Source: Candidatus Puniceispirillum sp.
GTDB lineage: Bacteria > Pseudomonadota > Alphaproteobacteria > Caedimonadales > UBA1908
DNA length: 64,000 bases
NCBI GenBank assembly: GCA_013822015.1
Contig: PNJU01000002.1
Span: 128,500 to 192,499, forward strand
Direction: 5' to 3'
Under the pieces are notes generated by a model. That model was not told the origin of the DNA and did not search any database. It saw only the letters and a list, made by a program, of their open reading frames with translations. This document shows positions 27,398 to 35,970 of this stretch, piece after piece; positions within the stretch are counted from its first letter, which is position 1; the number at the start of each line of letters is the position of its first letter. The position numbers were made by a program, and so were the translations under genes.

Positions 27398-28286
27398 TCT
27401 GGCAACCATTCGGGGGTGCGTTGATATCCCGCGGGATCTTGGCTGCCTTCTTACCACCCAAAGACAAGCGTTTGTGGACTTCTCAGGTGGGCTTTATGAC
27501 GTCCCCTGCCCCATGCAGTTTGCCTTCCCCGGTGATTCAAGCGACTGTCATATAAAAGGCGCCCATAAGCGAGGCAGCCAAGAGCTCGTGCTCAAAATCG
27601 CGGGCAGCAGTAAACTGGGCAACAATGGACTTATTTTGATCCTCGATACCCTGACATGGCAGGTGCGTGCAATTCTAAATGACGAGGGGTTTCTCACAAC
27701 CCTGCGCACGGCCCTGGCTGGCATCCTTGTTGCCGAGCGCCTCCCCTGGGCGCCTACGAACATTGGCATTGTGGGAAGTGGTTACCTTGCAAAGCAGCTC
27801 CATGATCTCGCCCGTCTTCGCTTTCCTGAGGCCCGCATTGCTGTGTGGTCCCGCACCCCTGGCAAGGCGCACGCCATTTCATCCCACACCTACAACACGC
27901 CAGACGCGCTGGTCGCGTACTGTGACACAGTCTTTACAACCACAGCGTCAAAGTCACCTCTCATTGAAACCCTGCCGCCAAATCCGCGTCTTGCCCTTAT
28001 CTGTCTTGGGAGTGATGATGCGGAGAAAAGCGAGCTCTCCCCCATGCTTTTTGCACAAGCAGACTGCGTTCTAGTCGACAGCCTGAGTCAAGCGGCAAAA
28101 TATGGCGATATCGCAAGGGCGCTCAAGAAAGGCGTCCTGCCCCCAAGCGCGCCCATTGAACTTGGTGCGGCACTTACCTTAGGTATCAACAAAAATGCCC
28201 GCAGAATTATCGCGGATTTCTCTGGCATAGGAGCCCAAGACGCCGCCATGGCCGCCTTTGTTGTGCCGCGCCTTTCAATGACATGA
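27390..28286 (+). CDS. Ornithine cyclodeaminase/mu-crystallin family protein
   Basis: LTTLRTALAGILVAERL...IGIVGSGYLAKQL (Rossmann)...ICLGSDDAEKSEL. Overlaps the upstream gene by 8 nt. Confidence 0.8.
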   Translation: MFDLATIRGCVDIPRDLGCLLTTQRQAFVDFSGGLYDVPCPMQFAFPGDSSDCHIKGAHKRGSQELVLKIAGSSKLGNNGLILILDTLTWQVRAILNDEGFLTTLRTALAGILVAERLPWAPTNIGIVGSGYLAKQLHDLARLRFPEARIAVWSRTPGKAHAISSHTYNTPDALVAYCDTVFTTTASKSPLIETLPPNPRLALICLGSDDAEKSELSPMLFAQADCVLVDSLSQAAKYGDIARALKKGVLPPSAPIELGAALTLGINKNARRIIADFSGIGAQDAAMAAFVVPRLSMT

Positions 28287-28380
28287 CTTTACAAAGAGAT
28301 AGCCTTGACTCATCGAAGGCGCCCCTGCTATAGAGAGCGAAAAATAAAATAACAGGCAATAAAAATAATGGGGCATACAA

Positions 28381-29892
28381 TTGATAAAAACAAACAAAGA
28401 GCATTTTTCGCTCAAGCATATTATTTCAAAGCTACAAAAACACGCTCGACGGCAACACGCGTCCCTGAGTGAGCAGCATCATTTCTTTTCCCAAACGCTG
28501 TTACTGACCAAACAGACGCTCCCCTTTCGCCCGCGCACGCTCTTCTTAGCGGCTGTGTTTCTTGCGGTGGGCTGCTTCACTGTGTTCGCAATCCAATACA
28601 AAGTTGATATGCGTGCGGAAAGCCTCGCGCGCCAACACCAGGCGCAGCAAGCCTATGACGCTTTTGCAACGCGTGTCGACGCACATCTGCGCTTTGCCGC
28701 AAAGGTATATGATCACAAAAAAACATCTGACTCTAAAGGCGCTGTCTGGCTGGCACTCCACAGGCTCACCGCGTACCCTATGACTCTTATCAAGGGACAA
28801 GAACCTGACAGCGTTACTTTTGGTCCACAAGGCCTTCTATTCAAAAAAGCCCTCGGTGAAAATATGGGCACCTTGAGCATCCACGTTTCTTATGCAGAGC
28901 TTGCGCAAAAGCTCTCAGTCCCCCACATTTCCACCTCAACGGACAAAGGGCACATCCAGACGGCGGCTGGCACACTCTATTTCCCTGACAACACCCCATC
29001 CTTTTTGGCTGATTTCGCGAACGCAAAGTTCCCCCGCGCCTTCATGACACTCTTGGAGATCTATGGCGCCGCGTTTTTAACCCTCATAACCTATACACTT
29101 TTAGTCTCACGAGGGCGAAAAAGTGTAAGCTGTGAACTTGCATCATTGCATAACAAAGTGACGAATCTCACGGCCCACTCCCAAGATTTAGAAGAGGAGA
29201 TCACCACGCTCAAAGTGCGCTTAGCGATGAAGGCGCGCGCTGACAATGCCCTAACAGCGCTGCAGAAAAAACACGTGCAACGAGGGATGCAAAACCGCAA
29301 GCATGCATCGTCTCTTTGCGCCCTGCTCCAGCACGTCCTAAGGGCAGAGACGCTCTCGCCAGACGCCACGGAGCTTCTAAGCAAAATAAAGCTCACACTC
29401 CAAGAGGGGCACGATGCTTTTACAGTGTCGGCGCCTGCCAACATTGACCCCTCCCACACACTGGCAAGGGTGCAGCACATCCTGTCTCCATTCATGGCGC
29501 GCAGTCGGCTTGTGTGGGAGTGTCATGTGGAAGAAGGTTTTTTCTCAATGACAACGGACCCATATCTGTTTGAAATTTTCCTCCTTTTGATGTGCAAGGA
29601 TATGCTCAGCTTTGCCTATCCGCATAGCGTTCTACGAATCATGCCACATAGCAATGGGCTCACAGTTACACTGCACGGAGAAAGGGTAGTCGCAAAGCGC
29701 ACTTTTGCCGATGAAGCCATTGACCTTGGCTTCATATGCTTTTCGCGCACAAGTCTTCCAAAACTTGCCAGCGCCCTGCATATGCAACTTTCGCACAACA
29801 ATACACATATCACGCTGACATTTCTCGACCCCGCAAAGTCCACCCAAGACGCGCATCTTTCCCATGACAACGTTGTCCCTCTTTTTGCGTAA
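28381..29892 (+). CDS. Membrane protein with periplasmic loop, coiled coil and a histidine-kinase-like but degenerate C-terminal region
   Basis: TTG start (uncertain). TM segments near aa 54-74 and 236-256. A DHp-like region NRKHASSLCALLQHVL, then an ATPase-like region LFEIFLLLMCKDMLSFA...LTVTLHGE without clear N/G1/G2 boxes. Confidence 0.55.
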   Translation: MIKTNKEHFSLKHIISKLQKHARRQHASLSEQHHFFSQTLLLTKQTLPFRPRTLFLAAVFLAVGCFTVFAIQYKVDMRAESLARQHQAQQAYDAFATRVDAHLRFAAKVYDHKKTSDSKGAVWLALHRLTAYPMTLIKGQEPDSVTFGPQGLLFKKALGENMGTLSIHVSYAELAQKLSVPHISTSTDKGHIQTAAGTLYFPDNTPSFLADFANAKFPRAFMTLLEIYGAAFLTLITYTLLVSRGRKSVSCELASLHNKVTNLTAHSQDLEEEITTLKVRLAMKARADNALTALQKKHVQRGMQNRKHASSLCALLQHVLRAETLSPDATELLSKIKLTLQEGHDAFTVSAPANIDPSHTLARVQHILSPFMARSRLVWECHVEEGFFSMTTDPYLFEIFLLLMCKDMLSFAYPHSVLRIMPHSNGLTVTLHGERVVAKRTFADEAIDLGFICFSRTSLPKLASALHMQLSHNNTHITLTFLDPAKSTQDAHLSHDNVVPLFA

Positions 29893-32146
29893 CCTCTTAC
29901 TTTTTCTAACGATAGTGTGCTGCGATGTTTCAGCCTCTAAACCCCAGCCGGCCCTGTGGAATGTGCCAGTAAGTCATTGTTCTTTTTGGGGTAGAAAGGC
30001 AGAACTGCTTACGCTAGAACAAAAAATACAAAAGGGTCCTGTGGTGGTCACAGGCCTATCTGGCATGGGGAAATCACGTCTTGTTTTCACCTATGCCAAA
30101 AAACACGCACACAAATACCGCGTCGTCTGGGTCTTTGATGCGTCGAATACACAAGGGATGGATAATCAAATGATTGACTTTGCAAACAAACTCTATGCAC
30201 TCGAACACAAAGGAAAGGAAGGCACCTTTTCGAAGAAAAATGAAGCCACTCACTATGTAAAAACCTTACTGCGCACATGCGCTTTCTCGTGGCTTTTGAT
30301 TTTTGATGGAGCGTCAAGTTTCGCCTCAGCCACCGGCGCGCTGCCTGAAATCTTCGACCAACGGAATAAACATTCTATTGTGGCAAGCACTTCTTCTGCT
30401 GGCGCCCCTCAAGTCCTTGAGGTCGGCCCCCTTGACGATGTAAGCGCCCTTTCTCTGCTAAAAGAAGGCCTCCCCGATTACAAAGATGAAGACCTCCAAG
30501 ACCTTGCACGCGCCCTTGAAAACCACCCCCTGGCACTGAACCAAGCCGTGTCCTACATCAAGCTTGCGCCTAGCATGGATCCACAAAAGTACATCACACT
30601 CTTCAATGATAAGGTGGCGCTCTGGTCATCTGAGGCCCAAGCGCTTCAAGGTCAAGTGACTCTCCACACAGCCCTGAAAATACACCTTGAAGATCTCACA
30701 GCAGAAGATCCCACAAGCCTCCAATCATTGTGTTTCTTTGCAATGATCGATACACACAATATCACTCAACCCCTGATTGATGGATGGTATGAAAAGAGTC
30801 AAAACACCAATGCCTCGGCCTTTGGGCAGCTCACCAGCCGCTCACTCTTAACCACAGGCGAAGATGGTGCCTATACCATGCAGGGTTACCTGCGCTGCGT
30901 TATCCTCCACGTCGCTGATGAAACAACGAAACGCACAGCTGCAACCACTGCCACGAAGCTTTTTGCCGAATTTTTCTCGGACAAAATTGCCGATTGCGTA
31001 GAGGACTTCCAAAAGAATCCAGGGCTTTTTAACCACGCAAGAAGCCTTTTTGACCATGCGGATTTCATGCCAGCAGAGAGCGCCTTTCACCTTGGCATGA
31101 GGCTCCTTCACTACTCAGAGCGCAACAATCGTGACTTTGAGTTTGCGGTCCCACAGCGCGCAAAGCTGAAAGAGCTCTTTGACGCGCAAGATGTCAAAGA
31201 CCACATGGCTGCAGGTCTTTTCTACACCAACTATGGATGCACTGTTTTAACCGGCGGCACAGTGGATGACTCCCTGCGCGAATTTGAAAAGGCCTACGCC
31301 GCTTTCAAAGCTGCAGACCCAAAAGAAGCACGTCTGGAGCTTGCATCCTTGCTTCTTAATGAGCTTGGTTTCTTCACCCATTGGAAGGCAGACTCCCAAA
31401 AGGTGCGGGCATATCTTGATGAAGCACATGCACTCATTGGAGACGATGCCCCAGATTATTTGCGCACATCTCAGCATGAATTGGAGGCTGTATTTGAGCA
31501 GGATCAGGGGCATCACGAAAGGGCACTTGCTGTTCTGGACAAAAGCGCACCCCTTTTTGCTCAAAACGAAGACTTACGTACATCTTGCTGGCCGTTCTCC
31601 GCGTCCTTGAAGGCGTGCTCTCTGGTGAAGCTGGAGCGTTACGAAGAGGCGCGCACGCTGTGCAATAAGGCCATTGAGGTTGCCATCAAGCACGCAGACG
31701 GCAACGCCGAAGATGACCAAGTTGGGCGCATTCGCGTTTATCTCTCCCAGGCACAAAGCGGTTTGGGTGATTACGTAAACGCTGAAGCGAACGCACGCAG
31801 CGCCATTGATATTATTGATGGGTGTTACGGTGAAGGTGTGATTCGTCGCCAAGGTGTTGCCTATATGGCCTTGGGGGACGCCCTCAAAGGACAAGGAAAG
31901 CGGATGGAAGCAGCCGCCGCCTACCAGAGCGCCAGAGACATCTTCGAGAAAATCTCAGCCCACGTGAACTTTGACGACATGAGTGAGCTCCTTGCCAAAA
32001 TGTACGCCCTTGGTTTGGGGCAACAAGATACGCCTGAGGGGCAGCTTCTCATGATGAACGCACTGGGTGCCCACCAGGGTATTTTCGACAAGGAACATCC
32101 CCGCTTTGTGAAAATGGTTTCCCTAAGCATAGACCCTGCCGCTTAA
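29864..32146 (+). CDS. NB-ARC (STAND) NTPase with C-terminal TPR repeats and a hydrophobic N-terminal segment
   Basis: FWGRKAELLTLEQKI...VVVTGLSGMGKSRLVFTYAKK (P-loop)...WLLIFDGASS (Walker B)...LEVGPLDDVSALSLL...LENHPLALNQAVSYI. C-terminal TPR-like units (GVAYMALGDALKGQGKRMEAAAAYQSARDIFEKI). Overlaps the upstream gene by 29 nt. An alternative downstream GTG start would remove the hydrophobic segment. Confidence 0.8.
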   Translation: MTTLSLFLRNLLLFLTIVCCDVSASKPQPALWNVPVSHCSFWGRKAELLTLEQKIQKGPVVVTGLSGMGKSRLVFTYAKKHAHKYRVVWVFDASNTQGMDNQMIDFANKLYALEHKGKEGTFSKKNEATHYVKTLLRTCAFSWLLIFDGASSFASATGALPEIFDQRNKHSIVASTSSAGAPQVLEVGPLDDVSALSLLKEGLPDYKDEDLQDLARALENHPLALNQAVSYIKLAPSMDPQKYITLFNDKVALWSSEAQALQGQVTLHTALKIHLEDLTAEDPTSLQSLCFFAMIDTHNITQPLIDGWYEKSQNTNASAFGQLTSRSLLTTGEDGAYTMQGYLRCVILHVADETTKRTAATTATKLFAEFFSDKIADCVEDFQKNPGLFNHARSLFDHADFMPAESAFHLGMRLLHYSERNNRDFEFAVPQRAKLKELFDAQDVKDHMAAGLFYTNYGCTVLTGGTVDDSLREFEKAYAAFKAADPKEARLELASLLLNELGFFTHWKADSQKVRAYLDEAHALIGDDAPDYLRTSQHELEAVFEQDQGHHERALAVLDKSAPLFAQNEDLRTSCWPFSASLKACSLVKLERYEEARTLCNKAIEVAIKHADGNAEDDQVGRIRVYLSQAQSGLGDYVNAEANARSAIDIIDGCYGEGVIRRQGVAYMALGDALKGQGKRMEAAAAYQSARDIFEKISAHVNFDDMSELLAKMYALGLGQQDTPEGQLLMMNALGAHQGIFDKEHPRFVKMVSLSIDPAA

Positions 32147-32297
32147 CGCTGCCTTGCCCTCTTCCGCCACGCGCGGTGGAGGGCTTTGCTTACCGTAGCC
32201 CGCTCCCAAAGCAAGATTGCTCACACCACGTCTTCGTGCTTGACCTCCTTTGGGATATCTCGTATGCACGATCATCCCTTTGACGAAGAGTCCGACC

Positions 32298-32702
32298 ATG
32301 ACAAACATTGTTTTAAACTTGCCACGCAAACTGAGAAAAAGCATCCAGCATAACGCAGCATTATCACGGATTTCATGCGAAGCCTTTGTCACCAAGATGT
32401 TGGAAAAAAACATTATTCCAGCGGAACAGGTGCGCCCACACCTGGTGGAGAGAGGTCTTTTAAAACTCAAAGCTTTTCTTGAACGTATTCCAGGTGTGCA
32501 CGTCATCAGTTTTGACCAAAACCATGAGAGTTTTTGGTGGATCAAGTTTGATATCGACATCACCCACCCCCTTGCGTGGCAAGTTGTGCAGGAATTAGGC
32601 TTTGTCCTCAACTACATATCCATTAGCCAACAATTGCCTACTGTGTTCATGCCCGTATCTCCTCCCCCATACCTCAATGGTGGACCAGAAGACTATAGCT
32701 AG
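32298..32702 (+). CDS. Hypothetical protein with an RHH/antitoxin-like N-terminus; its stop codon lies inside repeat copy B
   Basis: Internal ATG. MTNIVLNLPRKLRKSIQHNAALSRISCEAFVTKMLEK resembles a ribbon-helix-helix. The terminal codons TAT AGC TAG belong to the repeat. Confidence 0.5.
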   Translation: MTNIVLNLPRKLRKSIQHNAALSRISCEAFVTKMLEKNIIPAEQVRPHLVERGLLKLKAFLERIPGVHVISFDQNHESFWWIKFDIDITHPLAWQVVQELGFVLNYISISQQLPTVFMPVSPPPYLNGGPEDYS

Positions 32703-32800
32703 AACAGTTTAATGTGATAACAGGATACGAGGAAAGCGACGTGTATAAGTATACACGAGCGGCGAGTGACGCATTATCAAATTATAATGGTTCGGCTATA
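32694..32800. repeat. 107 bp palindromic MITE/RPE-like element, copy B
   Basis: See copy A. The right half, about 52 nt, is identical between the copies. Confidence 0.85.
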
Positions 32801-32825
32801 TTTGTCTTGGGTGATTGAATCAAAG

Positions 32826-33062
32826 CTACCCTGCACTGACCCCCACCTCATTGCACAAATCCTTGAAGGCAGGCTGCCCTCTCCTGTCGAAGATCCCGTA
32901 AGCTGGCAGGACAGTGATGGCGATGGGGAAGAGGCGGCCGAAGACAACAGCGTCTGTGAGCACACACAAGATAAGAGCCAGGACACTCATGCCGCCAAGA
33001 GCAAGGAAGATAAGGAGAGTCGCAACACCGACATAAATGTGAGCACAACCCATGAACAACAC
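32826..33062 (-). CDS. Possible small two-TM membrane protein (alternative: the plus-strand ORF 32766..33119 is real instead)
   Basis: MLFMGCAHIYVGVATLLIFLALGGMSVLALILCVLTDAVVFGRLFPIAITVL looks like genuine TM helices. It is the exact antisense frame of an acidic plus-strand ORF, so one of the two is an artefact. Confidence 0.3.
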   Translation of the reverse strand: MLFMGCAHIYVGVATLLIFLALGGMSVLALILCVLTDAVVFGRLFPIAITVLPAYGIFDRRGQPAFKDLCNEVGVSAG

Positions 33063-33259
33063 TGTGTGTCGTTTTTGTCCCGCCGCTTTCTAACGCGGGT
33101 GGATCCAGGGAGTGTGTAACAAATCGCAGGTATTGCAATGGGATACGACTCAGGGCAGGAACTGGTCATAGGTCGTTATCAAGAAGGCACCTTTGTGCAA
33201 AATCTGCCTGATGGCGACGCCCAGTGGTAGCCAGATGCCACCAAGCTCTCCCAAAAGAC

Positions 33260-33502
33260 TCAGGCATTCTTATAGGCACACCACTCTTCCCAGATATTTT
33301 CTGGGTTAAAATCACGGTAACCGCGCGCCTCGTCAAGCTTTTTTCTGTCCTTTTTGGAGAGGATGATGGCAACGGCCCTGTCGCGCACATCCAGCACTTC
33401 CTCCCGCGTCAAATCCTCACCCTTTTGCTTCTCTAAATAGGTGAGCATGCCCACAAGGGACGGTATGATGTAGGGTGCGAGATCTTGTGCGTCATCGTTC
33501 AT
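33260..33502 (-). CDS. Small hypothetical protein (80 aa)
   Basis: ATG with a GAGGGG RBS-like sequence. No family recognised. Confidence 0.45.
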   Translation of the reverse strand: MNDDAQDLAPYIIPSLVGMLTYLEKQKGEDLTREEVLDVRDRAVAIILSKKDRKKLDEARGYRDFNPENIWEEWCAYKNA

Positions 33503-33555
33503 GAGGACGCCCCTCTTCTCTTGTTGAATCTGTAAAATGCTTTACCACTTTACCT

Positions 33556-34224
33556 TTATGTCGAAAGATCAATATGATCCCAGCTGCTTGTGGGATCATA
33601 TACCCACTCCAGCGCCTGCCTTCGCGTCATAATAACACTGTAGTTAAAATCTTTTGTGTCTTCGTTTACAAGATTCGCGTCCACCACGTACCAAGAGGCT
33701 CTATAATACAGATCCAGCATCTTATAGATTTGGGCGTAGGGGCGCGTCTTTATACTGCGCCTGAGCTTGTCTGCACTCTCATTCTCTTGAATATCGGGCG
33801 TAACGTTAACCAGGGTATCGGGGACATACTTTTGGACATCTAGGGTGTCAAACACCGAACCCGCCCACAAAAGAGCGTAGATGGCTTCAACGTTCCAGCT
33901 GAGGTCACAGCGTTCTTGGTCACACAGCTCATCTTCGTGCTTTTCAATCAGCTCAAGCTCGTTGGGCGACAGGTATCCCATGAGACGATTTTTCTCAAAC
34001 CACGTCCTGATGACTTGTGTCGGTGCCCGCAGATAAATCTGAAAGAGTCCATACAAGACCGCCGCGCGCTGTCCAATCTCGCGGGCGCCTCGGATGCATG
34101 TTCTATGCTCGATCGTAGGAAGCCAGGCGCAAATGCGTGCGCCGCGCTCGAGCAAATAATGGTCATTTTCTTCTTTAATGGCGCGAGGCGGCAAAAGAAA
34201 ATGTTCTCTGATGAAATGTAGCAT
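33556..34224 (-). CDS. Hypothetical protein, possibly DUF4272-like
   Basis: Internal ATG at 34224 (MLHFIREHF...). The motif LSWNVEAIYALLWAGSVFDTL resembles DUF4272 (from memory). Confidence 0.5.
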   Translation of the reverse strand: MLHFIREHFLLPPRAIKEENDHYLLERGARICAWLPTIEHRTCIRGAREIGQRAAVLYGLFQIYLRAPTQVIRTWFEKNRLMGYLSPNELELIEKHEDELCDQERCDLSWNVEAIYALLWAGSVFDTLDVQKYVPDTLVNVTPDIQENESADKLRRSIKTRPYAQIYKMLDLYYRASWYVVDANLVNEDTKDFNYSVIMTRRQALEWVYDPTSSWDHIDLST

Positions 34225-34261
34225 CCTAGCCCTTTGATTTATTTGTAAAACTTTGTGGAAA

Positions 34262-34292
34262 CCCTGGTGCCGCATGCCGAATTCGAACCGCC
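34262..34292 (-). pseudogene. Decayed copy of the 3' part (T arm plus acceptor 3' strand plus CCA) of tRNA-Thr(UGU)
   Basis: CCCTGGTGCCGCATGCCGAATTCGAACCGCC versus CCCTGGTGCCGGATGACGGATTCGAACCGCC at 35811-35841. The similarity extends a few nt into the 3' flank (GGA.ACCC). The T stem no longer pairs and there is no 5' half. Confidence 0.6.
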
Positions 34293-34393
34293 TCCGATGG
34301 GGGGATTTTTGTGTTCTCTTGCATGAGCCCTTGTTGCTGACCTTCTATTATGTTCCCCACCCTTCCGGGGCCCTCGTTCATGAGCTCACTCAT

Positions 34394-35482
34394 TTAATTC
34401 TTCAGATTAACAAGGGGGCGCCACCACTTGCCAGTAGCTGCCAACACTGTCTGAACTTGGGGATCTGCATGCCATCTTGACCGATGAAGCATATACGCAA
34501 CGAGCCGCGTGCCGTATGGCGCTACGGTAAAACGAATCGTGCCCCCCGACTTTGTAATACGTTGGGCAATACGCAAGGTTGTTGGATCAAGAAAGACATT
34601 GTAATTAATATTCTCATAATATATCAAACTAAAGCGATGATCGGGAAGATAAGACATGTCAGTCTCACTCGTGACAGACGCAATCAGATCCGGCAATGTC
34701 GATTTATTTAAGTCAACTGTATACCACTTTTTCTTTAATGTATCTAGCGCTGGGTAATGTGGTAAAAGATGTCCATGGGCATGTCTGTCAGCAACTGCTT
34801 GCGAAAAGGCGCTTTTAAGATCTTCTAAATAACCATGCTCGACTTCCGTAAGGGGCACTCCTGTCAAACCATTAAACTTTAGGTGGAACTGCTTAAAGAC
34901 AGGGACAAGTCCTTCTGCACGTTGAATCTCTAATGATTTTGCAAAGGATCTTAGGAGCTCTTTCTCACTTTCCAATTGGCTTGGATGTTCAAGAACGCGG
35001 TTAAACGCTTTCTCAAGCTGCAAAGTTGCTTTTGTTGTCAAATCGTTCTCTTCAGAGGCATGAAACTCTGGTTTAAGTTGACCCTTGATATCATCTAGGG
35101 AGGCATGGAGTGATGGTAACTGCTGGCCCTCTGCCGTCAATCCGACTTCTGAATCATGTGTCAATCCCCAGCCTGTCCCAAGCATTAGGGCGTCACCTAC
35201 AAAGTCTTTGATAGATCTGGTGTGTATGCCTGCAAAGGACTTTCCATAGTACTGGTGCGCGAGTTCAATACCATGAATCTCACTCTCATTTAATGGCTCA
35301 CGGTGATCTTTAAAAAAAGGATCTTCTTGAATGAGGCGCTTCCACTCCTCAACAGTTAAAGGGCGTGTTAGTTCTCGCGCTGTAGAAGACATCTTAGACT
35401 GATCAAATGCAGATGCCCCACAAGACGTAGACATTATACACCCAAGGAGAAACAGCGTTATTTTATAGCTCATTGCACGCAT
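34394..35482 (-). CDS. Secreted/lipoprotein-like hypothetical protein (362 aa) in a visibly AT-richer segment
   Basis: N-terminus MRAMSYKITLFLLGCIMSTSCGASA. No confident family. The C-terminal FSLIYYENI...ITKSGGTIRF is faintly methyltransferase-like. Confidence 0.55.
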   Translation of the reverse strand: MRAMSYKITLFLLGCIMSTSCGASAFDQSKMSSTARELTRPLTVEEWKRLIQEDPFFKDHREPLNESEIHGIELAHQYYGKSFAGIHTRSIKDFVGDALMLGTGWGLTHDSEVGLTAEGQQLPSLHASLDDIKGQLKPEFHASEENDLTTKATLQLEKAFNRVLEHPSQLESEKELLRSFAKSLEIQRAEGLVPVFKQFHLKFNGLTGVPLTEVEHGYLEDLKSAFSQAVADRHAHGHLLPHYPALDTLKKKWYTVDLNKSTLPDLIASVTSETDMSYLPDHRFSLIYYENINYNVFLDPTTLRIAQRITKSGGTIRFTVAPYGTRLVAYMLHRSRWHADPQVQTVLAATGKWWRPLVNLKN

Positions 35483-35813
35483 AGATTAATCCTCTTGATG
35501 TATCATTTATGATATTAACTGAATTAGGACGATGTCAATGATTGCAAGGCTCTTCACAGGTACTGTGCATTTGTTGAAGAGGTAAGAGAACCATTTTGTG
35601 TTCCCATGAATATCGCGTTTTTTTATGTTTTGTCAGTTATACCAGAGGTATGTGGCACAAAAGGGTGACAAAATGAAATGATCGCGCAGTTCTTGCAGGG
35701 CCGCTTATGGATTTTCCATCACCCAAATGCATTTGGGTGCAAAACGGTGCAATTTACAGCAATGAAATTTTGATTGAAGAGGTTGCTAATCTTGAGGGAA
35801 ACTAAGGATACCC

Positions 35814-35889
35814 TGGTGCCGGATGACGGATTCGAACCGCCGACCCACTGATTACAAATCAGTTGCTCTACCAGCTGAGCTAATCCGGC
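35814..35889 (-). tRNA. tRNA-Thr (anticodon UGU)
   Basis: The reverse complement GCCGGATTAGCTCAGCTGGTAGAGCA-ACTGA-TTTGTAA-TCAGT-GGGTC-GGCGGTTCGAATCCGTC-ATCCGGCACCA folds as a canonical cloverleaf. Confidence 0.95.
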
Positions 35890-35970
35890 AACCCAAGGAT
35901 AGGGGTAGGTTTATCACGCACCCTCACCCTTGGCAAGAGGAATTTTAAGAAAAAGTGCGCATCCCCTTTG

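Noticed and set aside
32123-32611. 162-aa minus-strand ORF
   Set aside because: Overlaps the 3' end of the STAND gene and most of 32298..32702. It has no motifs, and the plus-strand ORF has the more protein-like sequence.
34262-34340. Possible additional functional tRNA
   Set aside because: Only the 3' third is present. The T stem no longer pairs, and no matching 5' acceptor strand, D arm or anticodon arm could be found.
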